The translations under genes were made by a program, and so were the position numbers. The notes under the pieces were generated by a model. The model was not told the origin of the DNA and did not search any database. It saw nothing but the letters and a program-made list of their open reading frames with translations. A stretch of 64,000 nt of DNA from Takakia lepidozioides (lineage: Eukaryota > Plantae > Bryophyta), in NCBI GenBank assembly GCA_030704615.1, contig CM060732.1, forward strand, positions 77,314,001-77,378,000. Reading direction: 5' to 3'. Each line of letters starts with the position of its first letter. The first letter of the stretch is position 1. Shown here piece by piece: positions 49,700 to 60,372 of this stretch.

Positions 49700-49860
49700 A
49701 ATTTCTTGAGCATGAATCTCCTGAATTTTTTGGATGCAATTTGTCATCTATCACAAATGAGCGCATGATCCTGGCATTGCCAACCTCAATGCAGCACCGA
49801 CCTGGCTCCTTTCTGACACCTCTTCAAGACTTCCATCAATTTTCTCTCACCTTTGCAATT
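49700..49860 (-). pseudogene. PPR E2/PG-box (DYW N-terminal) fragment
   Basis: AKVR..GVRKEPGRCCIEVGN..FVIDDKLHPK..EIHA, matching 26870-27005. Confidence 0.85.
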
Positions 49861-49879
49861 TGAACTCCCATATTGCTAA

Positions 49880-50700
49880 GAGTTGACAACTGAAGAAGCC
49901 CAACTAGCTGCAATAGGCGCCCGTCACTCTCAGCTAGAAGCCTTGGACGAGCTACAATGTAACCACTACCGCCATAATCAGGCATTTGTATAGCAACTTT
50001 AGTCTACACACCAGTACCAATGTCAGAAGCCATCAAAATGCAGTCATACTCTCGTCCATAAAAGAGAGCAAAGAGAGTAGGGCCACATTTCACACTTCCT
50101 GCAGAGTACCTCCAGAGTACCAAGCACCTACTCAGGTGGGCGCGCATCTTTCCAGTCTCGGTCTGGACAACACTCGATGTGATCTGTTCTGCAAAGTTTC
50201 GCGTTGTCGATGATCACAATCTTATAGGTCTTGGTGCAACTGTCCACAATCAACTTCACCGTGTCCATGTCCAGGAAACATTGTCTTGAATTGGGGAGAG
50301 GCAGTGCAGGCAATAGTCTGGAACTGTTCAAGAGAGGATTGTAAACAATCCAAAAGCCCGTTGTGCAAAATAAGCCTAGCTCCATCTGCAGCCCTAACTG
50401 TGTTTGCAAAATTATACTCGCCAGGAAATTTGAGGCCGACTTTGTGCTAGCGTGTTGTGGGGGCATACAACATGCAAACATCTGGGCACATGCCTAAAGA
50501 CAATCTTGACATAGGAGTCTTTGTGAAGAGGGAGCTGCTGACAGAGTTGTTCGAAACTAGCTGTAGATGGGAGAGAATCCACAACTTGCAATATTAATGC
50601 CGAGGCGAAAAAACCCCTCCTCTTGCACGTTCTTGCAACACGGAGTTGGGGGAAAGAGAAGAAGGGAAAGAAAGACTCAGCCTCTAATACACAGAGCCCG
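49880..50700 (-). pseudogene. Second F-box pseudogene, paralogue of 29733-30813
   Basis: SLPSTASFEQLCQQLPLHKDSY, VYNPLLNSSRLLPALPL, VKLIVDSCTKTYKIVII closely match the first copy; frameshifted. Confidence 0.85.
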
Positions 50701-51170
50701 ACTAAGTAAGACAATGCTAAAGATGGGGATCAAGACACCGATCGACCGAGTTCAACGGACAATATGCACAGCACAACAGTACAGGAATGCAATGAATCAA
50801 ATCACTAGTGAATGGCTCTGCCTCCACCACCTGAGACACATACCGCAACCGCTCAAGGACAGGATAAAACCATAAAACATAGCTCAACTCTGCTCATATG
50901 AACTCGGTAAGGCTTGCACTATCAGTCATACATACATCTGAAAGAAATTAACTCTATATAGCTGAAGATTGATTAGATGGAACTGGGAAGATTTTGAAGG
51001 GGAACTTCAATTCTGCTCATCCTACTAGAGAGCAGAGTCCGATGTCTTGATCCTAGAGACCCCTGTACATAAGCTTTTTGCTGCAATATCACAGGTACTG
51101 AGCCCATATTGTCGTGATATAGTCCACAAAATTGCAGGCACTGTGTAGAGCTGCCAAACCACTCGGATCA

Positions 51171-52641
51171 GTGGTCCTGAACGAGTGATCAAATTAATTT
51201 GAATAACTGACCAGCGTAGAGCTCCCGTTCTACCTAGATAATATTGAAATAGGTCGCACGTCATCATGCAAATTTCTCTTCTCCAGGTGGTGGAAGGTGA
51301 GAGGTGTACACGTGATGTCGATAAATATTGTTCACAGCATATCCCTGACCTGTAACGAGAAATCATTACGAAATCGTCCTTGCACCTGAAAGAATCTTCT
51401 TCGGGCCGTCTTCGTGAACAGATTCGAATGTCATGTACACGTAGAGTCTCCAGTCTTGACTCCTAAGTAGCAGCTCTGCTTCATTTGCTTGAGCCTTGAA
51501 TTGTGTTATCTCATTATAGATATCTGTTCTGAGCCAAGTTCCAAGTTTCCCATACGTCCAACTTGGGATTAGCCTCACTTCGAAACAAAAAAAAAAAATC
51601 CTCCAAGAGGTAAGGGGGACGGGACCTGGATTCGATTCCATGAATTAAGAATGAACTCAGCCATCCTACTGTACGCATCTAGGCTTTATCGATCGATCAA
51701 CGATAAGATGAAAGGTAGATTGTAGAAGAAGCGCTTGGAATGACATGGCATCAAAACCAACATACAAGCGGCAGTACCTAGCAACTGAGATCCATGATCA
51801 TGTGAGATCCATACAAGTTAAGTGTAGCTGTGAGATCCTGAGAGAGCCGCGCAATTTGAATTGTCAAGTACGGCTTGAATGCTGAGTCGAACTTTCGGAC
51901 TTTTGCCTGTAATGTGGAGCCACGGCCAGCCTTCCAGGATTGTTCAGCGAGGAAATTGATCAATACCTTAGGATCTGAGGTGTCCAATTAAGTGGAACAT
52001 GATTTGACATTCCACATGAGGCTCAAACTACAGAATTCTAATTTCCGACTTTAAGAGCAGGTGTCGACCAGATCATGCATGGTAACTTAGTGGAACTGCT
52101 TGAAGGTGCAGTGCTCTTTCCTCCCCTGTTGGCTGATTGTTGATCCCTTATTCTCGGGGTGCGACAAACCTTCCAGGTCTAAAAATCATGGGAGTATCTT
52201 GTACCTACCCTCTGCTCAAGGCATTGCATTTTACAAAATAATTCGTTCAGAGATGTGTCATTGCTGAATGAATTTTAGCAAAGTCGAAGCCAGCTTCAGT
52301 AGTGACGGTGCACTAGAAATCTGAGTTGTATGTGCACAACACATTTTGTTAAGGGGTCTCCTTCTGCAGCAATGCTGAGAGTATTGACTCAGTCTTTAGT
52401 AGACCCCGTGGAGGTTCAGCTTTTCAACATGACATTTTCAGCTTCATGCAGTTTGCATAATGTAAATTCTTATCGCTAAGTAACTCTGGTAGCTCCCAAT
52501 TAAGTCCCATCGAAAATTCTGTGTGAAGTTAGCATCTCGTTAGCACCAAGATTACTTAGCCGGCAGTAGGCCGTCAAGCAATTAATGGATGTCCGATCTT
52601 TGTACATGAATAACCCTAGATTGAGAAGTTGATGTGATCTG
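51171..52641. repeat. Left arm of ~1.5 kb inverted repeat
   Basis: Reverse complement of 54220-55826 throughout (e.g. GTGGTCCTGAACGAGTGATC at the outer end, TTGAGAAGTTGATGTGATCTG at the inner end), with a few indels. Confidence 0.95.
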
Positions 52642-52764
52642 AAACTGATTACATACCAGTACATAAATTAGCTCAGCTCTGGATTTGTTCGAGAGAAAGC
52701 TCTTGCTTCCTTGCCGAGCTTCTAGTAGTAAGAATCTCGACGCTTTTCCAGGAGCAATCTCGCT

Positions 52765-52773
52765 TATATATAT
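52765..52773 (+). promoter_or_regulatory. Putative TATA box of HAD gene
   Basis: TTATATATA ~245 bp upstream of ATG 53016; conserved as TTATATAAA at ~63059 in the second copy. Confidence 0.5.
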
Positions 52774-53015
52774 GTGGCTGGATCACAGCTCTCCTCACCT
52801 ACATAATTCCCATAGATCAGACACGTGGGTCTCCTTCAACGCTCCATCTGGTTACGGATTAGAGTCCAGCGTGGGGATATAATCCTTCACGTGATTGTTG
52901 AGTCCCAGTTGTTCAGCAAAGAGCTCAGAGGAGATTGGTAGCGGGTCTAGCTTGGTCGCTTCGGAGGAACATAGATCTCCTGTGTGAAGGTTATAGCAGA
53001 GAGGGCTCAGAGAGA

Positions 53016-53984
53016 ATGGAGATCGCTACGTCTATAGCTAAGGAGCTGGGAGTAGGGAAGCTGAAGAAATGGGATGATCCACAACGCGAGCTTCTTCCGG
53101 AAAGTCCCCGCAAGTCTTGCGGCTCTGTCGCAACAGCCACTACCACGACATATGCAGGAGCGGTGAGGACGAGGACGTCCGACGACGAGGGAACTTCCGG
53201 GATCGCTCAGAGTGAGAAGGACAACAATTCGGATTCTAGTTTGCAGGTTGCTCCAACAGAGAGCAGATCAGTTGTCTCTGTCTTGAAACGGGCAGTGACA
53301 CCCATGCGCAAGAAGTTGCTTGTACTGAACGTGAATGGGCTCTTCTTGGCTGCTTACCATACGAAGCAGCAACCTCGTGCAATCACCAGTCGCAAGGTTG
53401 GCAGGCGTTACGTTTACATAAGACCATTCTGTGACCAGTTTTTGGACTTCTGCCTCCAAAACTTCACGGTGGGCATTTGGTCTTCAGCAATGGACCAAAA
53501 AGTGAGAGATCTTGTGGACGTTGTGTTGAACGACAAGAAACACCGACTTGCATTCATCTGGCATCAGACGAAATGCACAGATACAGGAATGAGGCACCCG
53601 GACAACAGGTACAAACCTGTGTTTTTGAAGGAGCTGTCTAAATTGTGGGCCGAGTTCAAGCCTGGTGAATACAACCCTTCGAACACTCTCCTTGTGGATG
53701 ACTCTCCCGAAAGAGCTCTCCGAAATCCTCCGTTCACAGGCATTTTTCCTCGGACATATACTGCGTCGGAAGCTAATGACAATTTCTTAAGCGTGACGTT
53801 GCGCCCATACTTGGAGGGATTGCGGGATGCAGCGAGTGTGCAGAATTACGTCGAGAAGAATCCCATCGGCGAGCCCGCCATCACCAGATCGAGTCCACTC
53901 TGGAAGGTGTACAGCAGCATTGTAGCGAGAGATATGACCAGCGATCTTTTATTAGATGTGAAAAAACTTGCCATACGAGATTAG
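53016..53984 (+). CDS. Intronless FCP1/NIF-type HAD-superfamily protein (motif I Asp->Asn)
   Basis: RKKLLVLNVNGL, YIRPFCDQFLDFCLQNFTVGIWSSA, FIWHQTKCTDTG, KPVFLKELSKLW, YNPSNTLLVDDSP..ALRNPPFTGIFP. Confidence 0.88.
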   Translation: MEIATSIAKELGVGKLKKWDDPQRELLPESPRKSCGSVATATTTTYAGAVRTRTSDDEGTSGIAQSEKDNNSDSSLQVAPTESRSVVSVLKRAVTPMRKKLLVLNVNGLFLAAYHTKQQPRAITSRKVGRRYVYIRPFCDQFLDFCLQNFTVGIWSSAMDQKVRDLVDVVLNDKKHRLAFIWHQTKCTDTGMRHPDNRYKPVFLKELSKLWAEFKPGEYNPSNTLLVDDSPERALRNPPFTGIFPRTYTASEANDNFLSVTLRPYLEGLRDAASVQNYVEKNPIGEPAITRSSPLWKVYSSIVARDMTSDLLLDVKKLAIRD

Positions 53985-54219
53985 CATGAACAAGATCAGC
54001 GCAACGCAGTCGTCGGACAAGAACGCAATTTTACGAACGCCTGATCTTGTTTTGTTCAGATGAAGGTAGACCCGGTGGGGCGATGAGGAGATGTAAGCAA
54101 TTTTGTGTTTTGGGTTTCGGGCTTTTTGCCCAACTCAAAACACCCTATTAACATATATATTTGCGCTCAAAATTATAAAATCATATCTTGGTCTATTATA
54201 TTATCCAATATCGATTCAC

Positions 54220-55826
54220 AGATCACATCAACTTCTCAATCTAGGGTTATTCATGTATAAAGATCGGACATCCATTAACTGCTTGACGGCCTACCGCCGG
54301 CTAAGTAATCTTGGTGGTAACTTCACAAAAATTTCAATGGGACTTAATGGGGAGCTACCAGAGTTACTTAGCGATAGGAATTTACAGTATGCAAACTGCA
54401 TGAAAAGCTGAAAATGTTAATGAAAAGCTCAACCTCCACGGGGTCTACTAAAGACTGAGTCAATACTCTCAGCATTGCTGCAGGAGGAGACCCCTTAACA
54501 AAATGTGTTGTGCACATACAACTCAGATTTCTAGCGCACCGTCGCTACTCATGAAGCTGGCTTCGACTGTGCTAAAATTCATTCAGCAATGACACATCTC
54601 TGAACGAATTATTTTGTAAAATGCAATGCCTTGAGCAGAGGGTGGGTACAAGATACTCGGCCCATGATTTTCAGAGCAAGCTTTGTCGCCCCCCGATCAA
54701 CAATCAGCCAACAGGGGAGGAAAGAATTGCACCTTTTGTTCTATTGTTTTATACTTTTCCTTTTAATTGCCACGCCATGTTGCCTTTCGACCCAACTTCA
54801 CACTGCAGAGGATATGCGGGCAGAATATCACATATCTGCTCACTATAGATGGCCCAACCAGAACACATTCAGGGCAGCATTGGGGCTAGCATCTGCTCAA
54901 GCAGTTCCACTACCATGCATGATCTGCACTGGTCGACACCTGCTCTTGAAGTCCCTGGAAAGAATCCTGTAGTTTGAGCCTCATGTGGGATGTCAAATGT
55001 TACACTTAATTGGACACCATAGATCATAATGTATGGATCAATTTCCTCGCTGAACAATCCTGGACTTCTGTGAGGATTAACAGGCTGGGGGCTCTACGTT
55101 CCAGGCCAAACCAGTCCGCAAGTTCGACTCAGCATTCAAGCCGTACTTGACAATTCAAATTGCGCGGCTCTCTCAGGATCTACAGCTACACTTAACTTGT
55201 ATGGATCTCACATCATGGATCTCAGTTGCTAGGTACTGCCGCTTATATGTTGGTTTTGATGCCATGTCATTGGCGCTTCTTCTACAATCTACGTTTCATC
55301 TTATCGTTGATCGATCGATAAAGCCTAGATGCGTACAGTAGGATGGCTGAGTTCATTCTTAATTCATGGAATCGGATCCAGGTCCCGTCCCCCTTATCTC
55401 TTGGAGGATTTTTTTTTTGTTTCGAAGTGAGGCTAATCCCAAGTTGGACGTAAGAGAAATTTGGAACTTGGCTCAGAACAGATATATATATAATGAGATA
55501 CCACAATTCAAGTAAATGAAGTGCTCAGAGCTGCTACTTAAGACTGAGAGACTCTACGTGTACATGACATTCGAATCTGTTCACGAAGACGGCCCGAAGA
55601 AGATTCTTTGAGGTGCAAGGACGATTTCGTAATGATCTCTCGTTACAGGTCAGAGATATGCTGTGAACAATATTTAGAAATCACGTGTACACCTCTCACC
55701 TTCCACCACCTGGAGAATAGAAATTTGCATGATGAAATGTGACCTACTTCAAGATTATCTAGGTAGAATGAGAGCTCTACGTTGGTCAGTTATTCAAATT
55801 AATTTTGATCACTCGTTCAGGACCAC
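54220..55826. repeat. Right arm of ~1.5 kb inverted repeat
   Basis: Reverse complement of 51171-52641; carries ~170 bp (around 54735-54905) missing from the left arm but present in the third copy. Confidence 0.95.
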
Positions 55827-56032
55827 ACGATGGAAGAGGGATTTATGGTTGAGTGTAGGGTGGATGCGGAGGAGGGACCGCTGAGCACATCCAAACCAGC
55901 TCATAGCACGAAGGAGAGGTGATCGCTCAATGCACACCGGGAGAGGGACTTATAAGAAACGTCCAAGTCCCAGACTCTCTCACCCATAAATGCGAAGCTC
56001 CATTGTCTCAATCATACCATTCACTAATAAAT

Positions 56033-57569
56033 TGTGAGGCTTCCATCCGACCCCTAGGCTCTTTGCAAAAAACAAAAAACAAAAAAAATTGCTTTTAATT
56101 CTATGCCGCACCGAAAGGGTTTTAACTTAGAAAACTAAGTAGTGACTTCGAATTCGCATGCCTCTGTGCTCCCTCTGTGCCTCTTCTGTGACTGTTAACT
56201 TCATGGTGGCCGTCATGCAGGTCGTGTCACTCACGTTGTATAGTGAGCTCGCTTCTTGCAGTGTGTTACTAGCCTTATGGTTGATCGGAGGTTTTAGTTT
56301 TTTCCTTGAGTCACAATCTCAAATAAAGTCTCACAGGGCACCGTAGACCTCCTTTTTCCAAAAAATAAAAGCACAACAGGGCCGTGGCCCGGTGGTAAGA
56401 CACCATGTGCATTGACCTGTGGGTCCCTGTAAGCTGTCTCTCTCTGCCTTCGTTGGGGCTGGCTCGGGGCCGGGGCTATGCCTGTTTGCCTTCATGGCCA
56501 CGGAAGGATTGTTTTCCCCCTCAAGGCCCAGTTGCTGGGGATGGTGTTTCCTTCCAAGGAAACAACAAAGAAAACAAAAAACAGAAACGAAAACAAAATC
56601 GAAGAGAAGAGACGGAGGAAAATATGGAGGGACATGAGGGAGACAACTCATGAGAGGAAGGGGACCAAAACTGCAGGGGCAAGGAACATGAGAAGAGACC
56701 GTTGTGTAGGACGAGTAAAACACCATGCTAGGTCGAAAAAGAAATCCCTATAAGTGCATGCATTATAAGCTAGCCAATATACAACCATCTTGGACTCTCC
56801 AACCTCCATCAATCCTATTCAGCTGCTCGATACCCAACCATGTTCGATTATGCAACACACAGATGTTCACATTTGAATCTAGCAAGGTAAGTAGTATGAA
56901 AAAACAAACATGAAGTTGAGGCTGAAGTCTAATATGCGAAAGGTACTATAGTTACAGATCCTCATCTCCCTGCACATGGGATTTGGTGCAACCTACGCCA
57001 ATCCTGTCAGCTTTCAAAACAACAAACAACAAACAAGAAAAAGGCAAACAAGAAAGAACAACAAAAAAAGAACAAGAAGAAGAAGAAGAAGAGAAGAAAA
57101 CCCCCTGCACGTATTGTATACAAGACGTGAGTCGCAAGAGAATCACAAACGCCGTAGAGCGCACACGATTGAGGCCCTGGCAGGTCATCCCAAGCCCATC
57201 GAAGCAGGAGCACGAACAAGCACGACAGCTGGCCTCGCTTAATTCAGAAGGAGAACCCTACCTCCACGACGAAGTGAACAGCACATGCAGGTCCACGTGG
57301 TGCGATACCCACCATTGGAAATGGAAGGGATTGGGGGATCGGTCGAAGGGGGATCAAAGCAGGAGATCGGCGACAAGACCAGGGAGGGAGATGGACGACT
57401 GGGGGAGCACCACGTAGTGGACCATCACGCAAAACTATCGGACGGCGGGGGGATCGATGACGACGGGACCGCGACATGGCCCACGGGTCATGGAGGGCAC
57501 CGTGGAGCAACACGTGGCGGAACATGTGGGGAGGGGGATCAGTCCCCGAATTGGAGGAGGGGATCAATC

Positions 57570-57611
<42 letters not shown>

Positions 57612-59320
57612 CGACAGTGGGGGATTGGGATTGCGCTGTCCATGGTCGAAGGCCCGGGGGACCGCGCTTGGCTCAGGGGATCAGGCCTCTAACTGTTGGA
57701 GGGATCGACAGCGGAGGGGATTGCGACGTGGTGGTGTGTCACTGTGAACGGCAGTGGTGTTGTAGGTAAAGATTGATGCGCAGGGGATCAATGGTTCGAG
57801 GAGAACCACGTGGCGCACGATTGGGAGTGGGGGATCACTCCTGCCCTGGACGGGGGATCAACCCAGTTGCGGGGGGGGAACGACGTCGATGGGATGAGGG
57901 ATTGACGGCGGGGGGCGCGCCACGTGGCGGGGCGTGCCATGAGGCCTTCATCCGGCCGTCGTCCATCCACTGCGCGGGAGGATGGCGGGGGATGAGGGGT
58001 GGATGACCCAGAACATCCATTGTTTTGAGGTTGGATGGATGCGCAGGGGATCGACGGTTCGGGGGAGCAACACGTGGGAGGCCATTAGGGGTGGGGGATC
58101 ACTCCCAGTCCGGAGTGGGGATCAAGCCAAGTTGAGGGGGAGCGGCGATGTGTCGGGGGATCGCGGCGAGGGATGGGACGAGGGGATCGGCGGAGGGGGA
58201 GCGCCACGTGCCGTCCGCTAGGTGGAGGGGGATCAGCCACCGCATTGGACGGGGGATCAAACCGGGGGGGGGGGGGGGGGGGGGGGGAGCGGCGACGTGT
58301 AGAGGAATCGGGCCGTCGATGGGAAAAGAGGGGATCGACGGCGGCGGGGGAGGGCACGTGGCCTGTCAGGTCATCGCCCCTTCATCCGGCCGTCATCCAT
58401 CCCTCGCGGGACGATGCGGGGGGATGAGGGCAGAGACACACAAACATCCATTGTTTGTGAGGTTGGATGGATGCGTAGGGGATCGAGGTCCAGGGGGGCA
58501 GTACGTGGACGCCGCGATTAGGGTTGAGCGATCACTCCCGGTCCGGAAGGGGATCACGGCACATCGGCGGGGAGCGGCGAGTGTCGGCGGAAGGATTCGG
58601 GCCGCCGATGGGAAGATGAGGACACAGATCGACGGACGGGGGGTGGAGCGGCACGTGGCTGTCAGTGTCATCGGCCTTCATCCGGCCGTCGTCCATCCCT
58701 TGCGCGGGAGGATGGCGGGGGATGAGGGGGCGGATGACACACAACATCCATTGTTGTGAGGTGGAGGATGCGCAGGGGTACGACGGACGGGGAGCCGCAC
58801 TGGTGGGCGATTAGGGTTGGGGGACACTCCCGGTCTGGAAGGGGGATCAAGGCGCGTCAGGGGAGCGCGCCGGGAGGGGAGGAGGGATCGACGGCTGCGG
58901 GGCGGCCACGTGGCGATGGACGCGTCAATGGGGCCTTCATCGGCCGTCATCCATTTAATTGAGGTTGGAGGATGGGGAGGGGATCGACGGTTTGGGGAGC
59001 GCCACGTGGCTGGAGCTGGGGTGGGGGATTACTCCGGCACTAGAAGGGGGATCAACCCAGTGAGGGAATCCGTGGGGCCGCCACGTGGCTGGAGATCGGC
59101 CGCGTGGCCAGCGGTGGGGCAGGGGCAGGGTCCCGGGCGGGCGGGGGGTGGGCGGGGCGGGAGCGGGGGGTCGGAGGGGGGTGGGGGATGATTTGACATG
59201 GGACGTCCAGCTTGCCGACAAGGCGCCGGAGCGGGGGTGCCCAGCGTACCTGCGGGCCGTACCGTCAGCTCCCACGCTTGCAATAAAATCAAGCCACATC
59301 CATATTGGGACCGCCTCACA
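56033..59320. mobile_element. Putative long (~3.3 kb) LTR (solo or truncated) with GC-rich tandem repeats
   Basis: Perfect 8-bp inverted ends TGTGAGGC...GCCTCACA; the right end coincides with the breakpoint of the third repeat arm; no matching TSD (TAAAT vs AGTAC). Confidence 0.5.
57400..59200. repeat. GC-rich degenerate tandem repeat (~260-430 bp units) with poly-G tracts
   Basis: CATC(C)GGCCGTC(G/A)TCCAT recurs at ~57949, 58383, 58679, 58938; G runs at 57572-57610 and 58264-58287. Confidence 0.85.
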
Positions 59321-60370
59321 AGTACCTAGCAACTGAGATCCATGAGATCCATACAAAATTACGTGTTGTGGAGATCCTGAGAGTGCCCGCGAGCATTTTC
59401 AAGTACGGCTTGAATGTGAGTCGAACTGTGGAGTGCTGAGTGTGTTTTACTGAAAGTGGGTCCCCAGCCTGTTAATCCTCACAGAAGTCCAGGATTGTTC
59501 AGGGAGGAAATTGATCAATACCTTAGGATCTATGGTGTCCAATGATGTGTAACATGTGACATTCCACTGAGCTACGAACTACAAAATTCTTTCTAGGGAC
59601 TTCAAGAGCAAGTGTCGACCAGATCATGAATGGTAGTGGAACTGCTTGATCAAATGATTGTGTACGCCAGCCCCCATTGCTACCCTAGATGTGTTCTGGT
59701 TGGGCCACCTTATAAAAGTGAGCCGATGTGATATCCTGCCCGCGTATCCTATGCAGTCTGAAGTTGGGTTGAAAGGCAAAAGGCGGGCAATGAAAAAGAA
59801 AAACTATTAAACATGAACAACAACAAAGATGCAATGCTCTTTCCAGGTCTGTTGGCTGATTGTTGCTCCCTTATTTCGGGAGAGGTGCCCCGACAAACTT
59901 TGTCTGAAAACTCATGGGAGTATCTTGTACCTACCATACTGCTCAAGCATTCATTTACAAAAATAAGCGTAGAGATGTGAATGAATTGTAGCAAAGTCGA
60001 AGCCAGCGAATAGTGAATGGTGCACTAGAAATTTGAGTTGTATGGCACAACACATTATGTTAAGGGATCTCCGAGGGGATATCCTCCTGCAGCAATGCTG
60101 AGAGTATTGACTCATCAGTCTTTAGTAGACCCCGTGGAAGTTCAGCTTTTCAACATGACATTTTCAGCTTTTCATGCAGTTTGCTAAGTAAAGTAACTCT
60201 GGTAGCTCCCAGTTAAGTCCCTTAAACAAAAAACATAAAATTAAGTCCCACTGAAATATCTGTGAAGTTAGCCGGCAGTAGGCCGTCAAGCAATTAATGG
60301 ATGTCAGGGTCTTTGTATGGATAACCCTAAATTGAGAATTTGATGTGATCTGAAATTGATTACGTACCAC
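59321..60370. repeat. Third (partial, direct) copy of the repeat arm, upstream of the second HAD copy
   Basis: Colinear with 51773-52660, more diverged. Confidence 0.92.
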
Positions 60371-60372
60371 TA

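Noticed and set aside
51615-51645. ESNPGP resembling a 2A ribosome-skipping peptide (minus strand)
   Set aside because: Lacks the D of DxExNPGP and follows a stop two codons upstream; it is the reverse complement of a tRNA B-box-like GGATTCGATTCC.
57244-59356. Many overlapping Gly/Arg/Pro-rich ORFs
   Set aside because: Artefact of GC-rich repeats lacking stop codons.
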